From: Clostridiales bacterium
GTDB lineage: Bacteria; Bacillota; Clostridia; Oscillospirales; Acutalibacteraceae
Length of the DNA: 64,000 bases
Reading direction: 5' to 3'
Assembly: GCA_012839345.1 (NCBI GenBank)
Contig: DUNN01000011.1
Location: 41,906 to 105,905 of the forward strand
Position 1 is the stretch's first letter. Each line of letters begins with the position of its first letter. The notes below the pieces were generated by a model. That model was given only the letters and a program-made list of their open reading frames with translations. It had not been told where the DNA came from and ran no database searches. The position numbers and the translations under genes were made by a program. Below are positions 28,452 to 38,393 of the stretch, piece after piece.

Positions 28452-29258
28452 ATGGCTGAGTATTTTACGACAGAAGACATTTACTACAAAGAAATACTAT
28501 TACTAAGCAAAGGTCAAAAAATAACAGATACCGTTTTAACAAAGCTGAAAAGCCTTGGAACTTATCAACCGGAAGAACTGGTTGATTTTGATAATCGGCA
28601 AAGGGCCGTTCTTGCTCCGATATCCGAGAAATTCAAAGCCAAAATGAATATCCATGACGATTGTATTCTAGAGCGACCGAATAAGATATTACATACGATC
28701 ATCTTTGAGTCTAAAACCAAACCTTGGTGGATCTATGTGAATGCATTGGCGAATTACGTGGACTGGCTCTATACACATTCGATTGATGTTGCCCTGATTT
28801 CGCTGATGATAGCGGAGAACCTGGGATGCAGCGATGAAGAACTTTTGGAGATCGGCTTGGGTGCTTTTTTGCATGATGTAGGCGAATTGCTAGTTCCAAA
28901 ACCCATCCTGCAAAAGCCCGGCCCTTTAAACAACGTCGAAATGGATTCTATACGGCAGCATTGTGAATTGGGCAAAAGCTCTTTGCAGCCATATGGTGTA
29001 TCCAAAGAAGGCCTGGATATCATTCTACAGCATCATGAACGACTCGACGGCAGCGGATATCCGGAAGGGCTCAAGGACGATGAAATATGCCGCGGCGCTA
29101 AAATCGTAATGATCGCCGACGCTGTGGATGCGATTACATCTGGCCGACCTTATAAGCAGCCTACTCAAGAAATGAAGGATGCAATCACAATACTAAGAAA
29201 TGACGAAGGAAAATACCATCCAGAGTACCTTACTTGGTTGGAGAACATACTGCAATAG
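28452..29258 (+). CDS. Cytoplasmic HD-GYP domain protein
   Basis: YTHSIDV, LHDVGE, QHHERLDGSGYP.GL, ADAVDAITSGRPYK. Confidence 0.88.
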   Translation: MAEYFTTEDIYYKEILLLSKGQKITDTVLTKLKSLGTYQPEELVDFDNRQRAVLAPISEKFKAKMNIHDDCILERPNKILHTIIFESKTKPWWIYVNALANYVDWLYTHSIDVALISLMIAENLGCSDEELLEIGLGAFLHDVGELLVPKPILQKPGPLNNVEMDSIRQHCELGKSSLQPYGVSKEGLDIILQHHERLDGSGYPEGLKDDEICRGAKIVMIADAVDAITSGRPYKQPTQEMKDAITILRNDEGKYHPEYLTWLENILQ

Positions 29259-29392
29259 AGTTTGCAATATTGCATTACTGTCCGCTGCCAGATGCAGTAC
29301 AGAATATAAGGTATCCTCAGTCTTTCCATGAAATAGACCTACTGATGCGAACGATAATGGTTCGAGAAAGCAACACTACATAGGTACAATCG

Positions 29393-29433
29393 AAAAAAGG
29401 AAGCATCGCTGTTTTTCAGCGATGCTTCCTTTT
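29393..29433. terminator. Bidirectional terminator
   Basis: AAAAGGAAGCATCGCTG...CAGCGATGCTTCCTTTT. Confidence 0.8.
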
Positions 29434-29437
29434 GCTT

Positions 29438-29812
29438 TTAGTCCACTGTTGCCACTAGTTCGATTTCAGCCAAAACGTTTTTTGGTAGTGTTTTGACCGC
29501 AACACACGAACGAGCCGGTTTTGAAATAAAGTACTTGCCATAAATCTCATTAAAAGCAGAAAAATCATCCATGTTTGCGATGAAGCAAGTTGTTTTGATT
29601 ACATTTTCAAAACTGCTTCCAGCTTCCTGAAGTAATGCGGCAAGGTTTTTTATAATTTGCGTAGTTTGTGCTTGAATTCCATCGGGCACTTCTCCTGTTT
29701 CAGGGTTAATCGGAATTTGCCCCGATGTATAGAATATTCCGTTGACAATAACCCCCTGAGAATATGGGCCAATGGCACTTGGAGCTTTTTCTGTGTTAAT
29801 TACCGTTTTCAT
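29438..29812 (-). CDS. ridA: RidA family enamine/imine deaminase
   Basis: APSAIGPYSQG, SGQIP, FNEIYG, KPARSCV, EIE. Confidence 0.93.
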   Translation of the reverse strand: MKTVINTEKAPSAIGPYSQGVIVNGIFYTSGQIPINPETGEVPDGIQAQTTQIIKNLAALLQEAGSSFENVIKTTCFIANMDDFSAFNEIYGKYFISKPARSCVAVKTLPKNVLAEIELVATVD

Positions 29813-30455
29813 TCTCATTCTCCCTTAATTTCCTTTTTGAATTTTTGATATATCGATAGATGCTCTGTTCAGAGACATTTAATGCCTCCGCTGCAACCAT
29901 TACCGCTCCCTTCATTAAAAAGAGTCCTTTTGCCTGCATTTCTGCAACAATATCCTGCTTTTCCTGAACGGATAGCTGATCCACAGAATTGGATTTTGTA
30001 TGCTCCTGAATGATGTTATTAGTCATATCCTCTAAGGAGAGGTTAAAATTTTCCCGAATGTATTCATCCTGTGGAATGGTCAAAAACTCACTAATCAGGT
30101 CTTTTGCTTTTAGCAGTCCGCTGATATCAATATTCACGCAAAACAGGCCAATCAATTTACCTTCATTTGTTATAAAGTATGTTGAAGAACGAAATGTCTT
30201 TCCATTATTCCCTTTGCCAATGTAATTGCATACATATGGCTCATTATGATAATCATGATTGCTGACCAGTTCCAGCGCGTAATCTGTAATGGGCCCGCCA
30301 ACTTTACGGCCGGTGAGACTGGGTTCCGTAATATATAGGATGGATTGTTCTGCGTTGGACAAGTCTGAAATTACCACCTCACAATAGCTTCCAACTGTTT
30401 TCGAAATGAATTCAGCCATAGGAATGTACTGCATCAGTATTTTCTTACTATCCAT
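29796..30455 (-). CDS. YheO/DauR-like regulator (PAS_6 + HTH_22)
   Basis: CEVVISDL, TGRKVGGPITD, RSST, GLFLMKGAV..AAEALNVSEQSIYRY. Confidence 0.9.
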   Translation of the reverse strand: MDSKKILMQYIPMAEFISKTVGSYCEVVISDLSNAEQSILYITEPSLTGRKVGGPITDYALELVSNHDYHNEPYVCNYIGKGNNGKTFRSSTYFITNEGKLIGLFCVNIDISGLLKAKDLISEFLTIPQDEYIRENFNLSLEDMTNNIIQEHTKSNSVDQLSVQEKQDIVAEMQAKGLFLMKGAVMVAAEALNVSEQSIYRYIKNSKRKLRENENENGN

Positions 30456-30726
30456 AACAATGTCCTCTCACTTTACCAATATGATAATTTATTTTTATTA
30501 ATACGACTTTACAAACCATATTATAACAGAATAATCTTGAAAAATCAAAGAAAAAATAATAAATTTTTATTATTTGTTTTTAGGAAAAAGACTTAATATT
30601 ATAGGAATTATTCTTATTTTTATCGAATCCATTGTTGAATTTAATATTTTTAACATTAATATTGCAATAATTTTATTGCTAATTTTTGTTGAGATAAACA
30701 AACTTAAAAAAATAATTTATCATCCG

Positions 30727-30755
30727 TTGACAAGATAAAAAAATATTATTATACT
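30727..30755 (+). promoter_or_regulatory. SigA promoter
   Basis: TTGACA-17-TATACT upstream of the PLP enzyme operon. Confidence 0.8.
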
Positions 30756-30809
30756 TAAGTCACAAGTTTCGGACAAATAATTGTATGTTGTGAAAAGAGG
30801 CTATTTTTT

Positions 30810-31997
30810 ATGACGCAATCCAATTCTGAGTATAAAAAAGATTCCAAACTGATTACTGCTCATTATGCGGAAAACTATGAGCATTATTACAACGCAATCG
30901 TGCCGCCTATTTTTATGAACTCATTAAATGTTTTTGAGCACATTGATGCGTATTACGATTGTGATACCAAGGATATCAATACATACGTTTATGGCAGAGT
31001 GCAAAACCCAACGGTTCGTATTGTGGAAGAAAAAATCGCCGCATTGGAGCATGGCGCGAAAGCTGCACTGTTTGCTTCCGGTATGGCCGCCACAACTACA
31101 GCGATTCTTTCTACATGCAAAATGGGAAGCAACGTTGTTTGTTTAAGAAACGCATATGGGCCGGTAAAAACATTTCTAGATAACTACTGTGTAAAACACA
31201 TGGGAATGACCGTTACTTATGTGAAAGGTGATTTGCTTGAAGAATACGAACAAGCGGTTACTGATAAAACAGATTTGATTATGTTGGAAAGCCCGTCCTC
31301 CGTTGTCTTTTCTTTGCAGGATATTCGCGGCGTGGTAAAAATCGCTCACCAGCATGGTGCCAAGACGATTATCGATAATACATTCTGCACACCGATTTAT
31401 CAGCAGCCTTTGGACATGGGTGTCGATCTGGTCATGCATACGCTTTCCAAATACATGGGAGGCCACAGCGATCTTATCGGCGGAGTTCTGGCTTCAAAAG
31501 ATGAGGACTTAATGAATTACATGCTGGATCAAAGAGAGCTGATCGGCGGCATCATCGGGCCTGTGGAAGCCTGGTTGGTATTGCGCGGACTGCGCAGCTT
31601 GGAAGTGCGGGTCGCACAGCATAATCAAACAGCGCTGAAAGTTGCAAAATACCTTGAAAATCACCCCAAGGTGAAACGGGTCTATTATCCCGGTTTGAAA
31701 TCACACCCGCAATATGAACTTATGAAAACTCAACAAACTGGAAACACCGGTTTACTAAGCTTCGAGATAAATGGTACGGTAGAACAGGCAAAAGCCGTTG
31801 TTAACAACTTGTCGATTTTTAAAATAGGAGTGTCATGGGGCGGTTTTGAAAGCCTTGCATGCATGCCGCAGCTTCGCCTCGATGAGAAAACCTGCAACTG
31901 GTTGGGAGCTGGTCAGGGTATTATCCGTTTACACTGTGGCTTGGAAGGGGCTGAAAATCTAATCGCGGATCTTGCTTCAGCCCTTGAAAAGATATAA
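30810..31997 (+). CDS. Cys/Met metabolism PLP-dependent lyase (cystathionine beta-lyase-like)
   Basis: YGRVQNPT, FASGMAA, DNTF, SKYMGGHSD (PLP Lys), GVSWGGFESL, RLHCGLE. Confidence 0.88.
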   Translation: MTQSNSEYKKDSKLITAHYAENYEHYYNAIVPPIFMNSLNVFEHIDAYYDCDTKDINTYVYGRVQNPTVRIVEEKIAALEHGAKAALFASGMAATTTAILSTCKMGSNVVCLRNAYGPVKTFLDNYCVKHMGMTVTYVKGDLLEEYEQAVTDKTDLIMLESPSSVVFSLQDIRGVVKIAHQHGAKTIIDNTFCTPIYQQPLDMGVDLVMHTLSKYMGGHSDLIGGVLASKDEDLMNYMLDQRELIGGIIGPVEAWLVLRGLRSLEVRVAQHNQTALKVAKYLENHPKVKRVYYPGLKSHPQYELMKTQQTGNTGLLSFEINGTVEQAKAVVNNLSIFKIGVSWGGFESLACMPQLRLDEKTCNWLGAGQGIIRLHCGLEGAENLIADLASALEKI

Positions 31998-32077
31998 ATG
32001 TGGATTTGAGTTGAATCTGAACGTAGGAGGGGGAAAAGGTAACCGTGGATAAGAAAAAAACTTTTAGGAGGAAATGT

Positions 32078-33421
32078 ATGAAAACCAGAAAAGTCGCAGC
32101 TTTCTTGGCCACTATTATGGCAGTTTCATCAACTTTTGTAGGTTGTAGTAATGGGACGAATTCTAGCAGCAATAATGCGCAAGACAATTCAGGGAACGTC
32201 ACGATTACAATGGTTGAATCTTTAACCAGTCCTGAACGTACGGCAGTGCTCCGCGAAATTGCCGATAAATATCAGGAGTCGCATAAAGGGGTTACTGTTA
32301 ACATCATTTCTCCTCCACTCGAAAACGCAGATACAAAAATCACTCAAATGCTTCAGGCACAGCAGGATGTTGATATTGTCGAAGTACGTGACAGTACCTT
32401 AACTCAGTTTGCAACAAACAAGTGGATTGCAGCGCTCGAAAAATACGTGGATCAGTGGGATGAAAAAGATACGCTCACGACTTCCGCCAAAGAGGCAATG
32501 AAAACATTCCAGAACACAGATTATCTCATTCCTTATGGATTCTATCACAGAGCAATCTTTTATCGGAAAGACTGGTTCCAGAAAGCCGGTCTGGAAGCAC
32601 CGAAAACCTGGCAGGATATCTATGATGCGGGCAAGAAGCTGACGGATGCTTCCAACTCGAAGTACGGATACTCCTTCCGTGGAGGCTCAAGCGGCTATCA
32701 GTATGCCGACACATTGTACTGGAGCTACATAGGTGTGGAAGAGCTGGCAAATCCAAATGCAGGCTACTATACCAAGGAAGGCAACGGTAAGACCATTTTT
32801 ACACTGCCTAAAGTAAAGGAAGCATTACACTTCTACAAATCCTTGTTCAAAGACGTTTCCCCGAAAGATTCCGTTGCATGGGGATTCTCTGAAATGGTTC
32901 AGGGCTTTGTCGGCGGTACCACCGCGATGCTGATACAAGATCCTGAGGTTATTGCCACATGCTCCTCCAGCATGAAAGACGACGAATGGGATATGGTTGC
33001 GTTCCCCGCAGGACCTTCCGGAGAAGCTGTGTCGCCGAATGGCTTTGCGGGATGGGGGTTAACTTCCTTCAGTAAGCACCCCGATCAGGCCGCTGATTTC
33101 CTGCTCTTCCTGTCGAATTCGGAGAACAACACATATTTCGCGAAGAAGTATTCCACGATCCCGATTCATTCGGATGCAGCAGAAAAAGACAGCTATTTCT
33201 CAACTGGTAAATTCGCACTTTATTTGAAAACAGAAGAACAGCCGGACGTATATAAATATGCAATTCAGCCACAAATGTACGAAGCATTTGCACAGTACAA
33301 AACAGAAGTCGATAAGAAATATCAGCAGTATTTGAATGACACAATTACCGACGATCAGCTGCTGAAATGGCTGGATGAGTTCTGGACAGAGGCATACAAA
33401 GCCGAAGGCAAGAAATGGTAA
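32078..33421 (+). CDS. Carbohydrate ABC transporter solute-binding lipoprotein
   Basis: Lipobox FVGC; FYRKDWF.KAGL..PKTW CUT1 motif; AGGAGG RBS. Confidence 0.9.
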   Translation: MKTRKVAAFLATIMAVSSTFVGCSNGTNSSSNNAQDNSGNVTITMVESLTSPERTAVLREIADKYQESHKGVTVNIISPPLENADTKITQMLQAQQDVDIVEVRDSTLTQFATNKWIAALEKYVDQWDEKDTLTTSAKEAMKTFQNTDYLIPYGFYHRAIFYRKDWFQKAGLEAPKTWQDIYDAGKKLTDASNSKYGYSFRGGSSGYQYADTLYWSYIGVEELANPNAGYYTKEGNGKTIFTLPKVKEALHFYKSLFKDVSPKDSVAWGFSEMVQGFVGGTTAMLIQDPEVIATCSSSMKDDEWDMVAFPAGPSGEAVSPNGFAGWGLTSFSKHPDQAADFLLFLSNSENNTYFAKKYSTIPIHSDAAEKDSYFSTGKFALYLKTEEQPDVYKYAIQPQMYEAFAQYKTEVDKKYQQYLNDTITDDQLLKWLDEFWTEAYKAEGKKW

Positions 33422-33504
33422 ACTAGCAGAGCTCTCTATAAAAGCCACAGAGTGGTCATATCGACCACTCTGTCTTTTTCATAGAAGAGAAGCGGGGGGT
33501 TACA

Positions 33505-34410
33505 ATGAACAAAAAAATTACGCTGAAACGAAAAAATGGTCTATTTATTTTTCTAATGTTATTACCTGCTGTTGCCTTGCCCTTAATCTTTACCTACTAT
33601 CCTATGATAAAAGGAGGATTAATGGCGTTCCAAAGCTATAATCTGGTAAACATTAATAATATAAAATGGATTGGGTTCGATAACTTTACAAATTTGTTTT
33701 CTGGTTCGGAACAGGATGACTTTAAATTAGCGCTGTGGAATACTGTTAAGTGGGTGTTTATTTCACTTGCCTTTCAGTTTTTAATTGGTTTTGCCTTAGC
33801 ACTGTTGCTTAAAAAGAAGTTCCATGGATCAGCAGTTTACCAGGGCCTGATTTTTTTTCCGTGGGCCGTCTCGGGATTTTTAATTGGAATTATGTGGCGC
33901 TGGATGTTTAACGGTACGTCAGGCGTCATTAACGATATTTTGATTCGTATGGGCATCCTTGATCAGCCGTTTGGATTTTTAGCCAACACATCTACTTCTT
34001 TGGCGTCCGTAATCGTCGCAAATATTTGGTACGGAATTCCGTTCTTTACCATTATGATTACTGCTGCGTTGCGTGGGGTTGCTCCGGAATTGTATGAGGC
34101 AGCTGACGTTGACGGTGCAAATGTTTTTATTAAATTCTTCAAAATTACAGTTCCTTCTATTAAATCCGTTTTAATGTTGACGGTCTTATTGCGCGTCATT
34201 TGGATTTTCAACTTCCCAGATTTAATTTATTCTATGACAAACGGAGGTCCGGGCGGATCCTCCAACATCATCACCTCGTTAATGATGCAAAAGGTACAGA
34301 GCCTGGATTACGGTGCTGCATCGGCAATTGGACTTTTATGTATTCTGTTTTTGAGCGTCTATACCATCATTTATCTGCTGTTTACAAAGTTTACAGATTC
34401 GGAGGAATAA
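33505..34410 (+). CDS. Carbohydrate ABC transporter permease
   Basis: WIGFDNF, EAA loop ELYEAADVDGA, TNGGP. Confidence 0.92.
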   Translation: MNKKITLKRKNGLFIFLMLLPAVALPLIFTYYPMIKGGLMAFQSYNLVNINNIKWIGFDNFTNLFSGSEQDDFKLALWNTVKWVFISLAFQFLIGFALALLLKKKFHGSAVYQGLIFFPWAVSGFLIGIMWRWMFNGTSGVINDILIRMGILDQPFGFLANTSTSLASVIVANIWYGIPFFTIMITAALRGVAPELYEAADVDGANVFIKFFKITVPSIKSVLMLTVLLRVIWIFNFPDLIYSMTNGGPGGSSNIITSLMMQKVQSLDYGAASAIGLLCILFLSVYTIIYLLFTKFTDSEE

Positions 34411-34413
34411 GGA

Positions 34414-35259
34414 ATGAAAGGACATCAGGCAAGTAAAGCAATTGGAAAAACAATTAAATACTTATTCTTATCATTATATCTGATCATTGTTATTTTTCCG
34501 TTTCTTTGGATGCTGCTGACATCATTAAAATCCTCTCAGGGTGAAATTTATGCATTTCCTGTGAGATATTTACCGCAGGCTCCTTCCTTTGTGAATTACA
34601 GTTCTATGCTATGGAAAGGCAATTTCTCACGTTATATGCTCAATTCCTTTATTGTTTCGGGCATTGCTGGGGTCGGGTCTGTATTTATCGGAATTTTAGC
34701 GGCATATGTCATTTCCCGCTATCGGTTCAAAGGCCAGGGAGCCATTCTGTTCTTCTTTTTATTTACACAGATGATTCCTATGTTCATTATGCTGGCACCT
34801 CTTTATCAGATGCTTTCCAAGATGAACATGCTGAATAATATCTGGACCCTCGCCCTTCTCTATGTTAATATGATGATACCATTTTCGGTTGTTACACTTC
34901 GAGGATTTTTTTCAGGGGTTTCTTCTACGATAGAAGAGGCTGCCCAAATTGACGGCTGTGGAAGATTGCGTGCGCTATTTAATGTTATTGTACCTATTAT
35001 GCTGCCGGGTATTGCCGCTACATTCATTTTCGCTTTTATCAATTCCTGGAACGAACTTTTTATGGCCATTATGTTTATCGATGTAGACCAGTTCAAAACC
35101 ATTCCTGTTGGATTGAATGCACTCATTTTAAAGTACGATATTAAATGGGGTGAAATGTCCGCTGGAGCGATTATGGCACTAGTCCCAACGATTATCTTAT
35201 TCTCATTTGCACAGAAATATATGGTTGAAGGTCTATCCGCAGGAGCGGTTAAGGGTTAA
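34414..35259 (+). CDS. Carbohydrate ABC transporter permease
   Basis: EEAAQIDGC, FINSWNE, GLSAGAVKG. Confidence 0.92.
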   Translation: MKGHQASKAIGKTIKYLFLSLYLIIVIFPFLWMLLTSLKSSQGEIYAFPVRYLPQAPSFVNYSSMLWKGNFSRYMLNSFIVSGIAGVGSVFIGILAAYVISRYRFKGQGAILFFFLFTQMIPMFIMLAPLYQMLSKMNMLNNIWTLALLYVNMMIPFSVVTLRGFFSGVSSTIEEAAQIDGCGRLRALFNVIVPIMLPGIAATFIFAFINSWNELFMAIMFIDVDQFKTIPVGLNALILKYDIKWGEMSAGAIMALVPTIILFSFAQKYMVEGLSAGAVKG

Positions 35260-35276
35260 GCTAAAATAAAATCATA

Positions 35277-35320
35277 TAAAACAGGCTGTTACAAAGTAAA
35301 AATTTGCAGCAGCCTGTTTT
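35277..35320 (+). terminator. Rho-independent terminator
   Basis: AAAACAGGCTGTTACAAA...TTTGCAGCAGCCTGTTTT. Confidence 0.75.
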
Positions 35321-35758
35321 CACATTTAAGACTCCCCTTCATATGCGAATGCTTGAATAACTTATTTGCTCTGCTGCCGAAATTGATTGGGATGGTTTAA
35401 TGAAATACTGGTTGGTAGATCTGGTACAGGATGGATTCTATGCAGAAAATCTCAAGAATCCGCAGAGCTACCGCATTCGCTATCGGACTTATCCGGATGT
35501 GTAGGAGTGAGAATAATATGTCCGGCATAACAGTTTCAGAAATTCTCAAATTAGACGGTTAATGGAAATTCAAATTAAAAATTGGATGGTTATGGAACAA
35601 CCAAGAGCAACAGAAAATCCTCCACGGAAATGGCCTGTTTCATAGGTACTTGGGGGTTTACCAATTTCGATATTTTTTATTAGGAATTATATGGTAATAT
35701 TCTTGCCATTTATATAAAATTGAGATAAAATGAAAAATATGTAAAGTGAGTGGTGTGC

Positions 35759-36886
35759 TTGAAAAAAGTTCTTTACTGTGCTTCTACTATTGAACATATC
35801 AAAAATTTTCATATTCCGTACTTAAAAGCCTTTCATGATAACGGATATGAAGTATGGGTTCTTTCAAATAAAACCGAAATCCTACCATATACAGAATATG
35901 TAGTGGCATGCCCACTTCAAAAGAACTTTATCAGTGTTACAAATATTAAAACGATTTTTACCATTAGAGAGTTAATAAGAAAACAAAATTTCGATATTAT
36001 AAGTACACATACCACCCTAGCAAGTGTAGTTGTTCGGGCAGGTATTATGCTATTAAAAAGAAGACCGAGGGTCTTTAATACATGCCATGGCTATCTTTTC
36101 AATGAAAAGGATGGTTTAAAAAAATGGCTGTATCTCCTGCCAGAAAAAATTTGCGCTTCCGTTACAAATAATGTAATGGTTATGAATCATGAAGATTATG
36201 AGATTGCAAAAAGACATAAGCTTTATAAAAACAACCTATATTTTATTAAAGGAATGGGTATCGATTTATCTCAGTTTTATCAAGCATCACAACATGAAAA
36301 AATGGTACAGCGCATAGCACATGGTTATTCTGAAAATGATTTCTTATTTGTTTATGCAGCCGAGTTTTCAAAACGTAAAAATCAAAAGTTGCTCATAAAG
36401 GCTTTTGCTAATGTATGCGGAAAGATGCCTAATGCTAAGCTCTTATTAGCCGGAAGCGGGGCACTTTTAGAGAATTGTAAAAAACTTGCTGAACAATTAC
36501 ATATAAACGGACAGATACGCTTTTTAGGATATGTAGAAGATATGCGGAGCTTATATATTATGTGTGATGTTTCTGTAACAACTTCAAGAATTGAAGGGTT
36601 ACCTTTCAATGTTATGGAGTCGATGGCCTGTGGACTGCCCGTAATAGCAAGTGATATCAAAGGACATAGGGAGCTTGTGGAGGATGGAAAAACAGGCGTT
36701 TTATTTAAAAGCGAGGATAAAAATATAACCCAATTAGAAAATGCGCTTTTAATGTTGTATTCATGTCCAGATAAGCGCAAAACATTTTGTAATGCAGGAA
36801 TTGAAAAAGTTAAAGAATATGCATTGCAAAAAGTAAAAGGTCAAATTGAACAAATTTATGCAATAAATGATCGAGGGAATCTATGA
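35759..36886 (+). CDS. GT4 family glycosyltransferase
   Basis: HTT, TCHGY, GMGID, KRKNQ, SRIEGLPFNVMESMACGLPVIASD. Confidence 0.9.
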   Translation: MKKVLYCASTIEHIKNFHIPYLKAFHDNGYEVWVLSNKTEILPYTEYVVACPLQKNFISVTNIKTIFTIRELIRKQNFDIISTHTTLASVVVRAGIMLLKRRPRVFNTCHGYLFNEKDGLKKWLYLLPEKICASVTNNVMVMNHEDYEIAKRHKLYKNNLYFIKGMGIDLSQFYQASQHEKMVQRIAHGYSENDFLFVYAAEFSKRKNQKLLIKAFANVCGKMPNAKLLLAGSGALLENCKKLAEQLHINGQIRFLGYVEDMRSLYIMCDVSVTTSRIEGLPFNVMESMACGLPVIASDIKGHRELVEDGKTGVLFKSEDKNITQLENALLMLYSCPDKRKTFCNAGIEKVKEYALQKVKGQIEQIYAINDRGNL

Positions 36887-38379
36887 TAAATTTTCTAAAT
36901 AGGAAAGAAAATACTTCGTTTTCAGATGGTAAACAAGCTGTTTCAGACCAAATCAATCTAAAAAAAGTTTGTGCTTTTATTTTATCAGGATATATTATTT
37001 TAGCGCTCCTTTTCTACATTTTAGCCGGGGAGCAGCTGCATTTTCGCAGTTCCAGAGGAAATGTTAAAATGCCAGTGCCAAATTTCGGCACTGTGGAAAT
37101 GGTAGCAGGAGCTAAGGTTGAACAGACTTTTACGCCGAACATACAGCGCTTTAAACAGGTTTCTGTTACATGGGGTACTTTTGGCCGTCGCAATAAAGGA
37201 ACAGTTTTGATTGAATTGTACAATTTGAAGGATAACAATAAAATTCTATCGCAAACGGTTGATGTTTCTAAGTTGACAGAGGGAGCCGTTACTACGGTGG
37301 CTTCTGAAAAATATTTAGAAAACCTATACGGAGTTCCGCTGCTTCTTCGGATTACTTCCCCGGATTCTGTTACTGGCAGTGCCGTTTCTCCAATGATGAA
37401 GACAGATGCGGAGCCCAAAGCGGGGCAACAGTTGTATTTGAACGGCAAGGCAGTCAATGGGGTACTGGCCTTTTCTGCAGAAGGGCAGGATTACATCTGG
37501 CTTGGGTTACACTACTGGAAATTTATAGCTTCTGGTGGTATTTTGTTGGCGGCCTATCTGATTTATATCCTGATGCGGGCAAAGAGAAAGCAAAAAAGTG
37601 TTCTTCTGAACGCTCTTGTTGCTATGAAAAAGTACCGGTTTCTGATTCATCAACTGGTCTCTAGAGATTTCAAAACAAAATATAAACGTTCTATTCTCGG
37701 CGTATTCTGGAGCTTCTTGAACCCGTTGCTGATGATGGCTGTACAGTATTATGTTTTTTCAACGATTTTCAAAACAGATATTGTTTTTTACCCAGTGTAC
37801 CTGCTTACAGGTATTATTATGTTTAACTTTTTTTCTGAAGCGTGTGGTATGGCCCTTACTTCTATCCTAGGAAATTCCAGTCTAATCACCAAAGTTTATG
37901 TACCAAAATACATTTATCCATTGACGCGTACCCTGTCTTCTTTGGTCAATCTGGCAATTTCACTGATTCCACTGTTTGCGGTAGTGTTCTTTTCTGGTGT
38001 GCCATTTACACAATCCTTCTTACTGTTTCCATTTTTTTTACTATGCTTGGCTGTTTTTTGTTTGGGGTTGGGAATGATGCTGGCGGCCGGCATGGTGTTT
38101 TTCAGAGATGTACAGTTCCTGTGGGGTGTTTTCAGTATGATGTGGATGTATGCTACGCCTATTTTCTACCCTGAAAGCATTTTGCCGGACCAGTTCAAGT
38201 TTGTGTTGCAGATTAATCCACTTTACTATTTTATAACCTTTGCCCGTACCTGCATTATCAACGGTATTTCACCGGAACCGATTGCATATGTTCAGTCGTT
38301 TCTGCTTGCGCTGGGAATGTTACTTGTGGGAGCTTTTGTTTTTAAGAAAACGCAGGATAAGTTTATCCTGTATATTTGA
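36883..38379 (+). CDS. wzm: Polysaccharide ABC permease Wzm with extra N-terminal domain
   Basis: C-terminal RDFKTKYKRSILGVFWSFLNP, FRD, YATPIFYP, NPL; about 245-aa N-terminal extension. Confidence 0.85.
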   Translation: MINFLNRKENTSFSDGKQAVSDQINLKKVCAFILSGYIILALLFYILAGEQLHFRSSRGNVKMPVPNFGTVEMVAGAKVEQTFTPNIQRFKQVSVTWGTFGRRNKGTVLIELYNLKDNNKILSQTVDVSKLTEGAVTTVASEKYLENLYGVPLLLRITSPDSVTGSAVSPMMKTDAEPKAGQQLYLNGKAVNGVLAFSAEGQDYIWLGLHYWKFIASGGILLAAYLIYILMRAKRKQKSVLLNALVAMKKYRFLIHQLVSRDFKTKYKRSILGVFWSFLNPLLMMAVQYYVFSTIFKTDIVFYPVYLLTGIIMFNFFSEACGMALTSILGNSSLITKVYVPKYIYPLTRTLSSLVNLAISLIPLFAVVFFSGVPFTQSFLLFPFFLLCLAVFCLGLGMMLAAGMVFFRDVQFLWGVFSMMWMYATPIFYPESILPDQFKFVLQINPLYYFITFARTCIINGISPEPIAYVQSFLLALGMLLVGAFVFKKTQDKFILYI

Positions 38380-38393
38380 TTAGGAGCAGTGCC

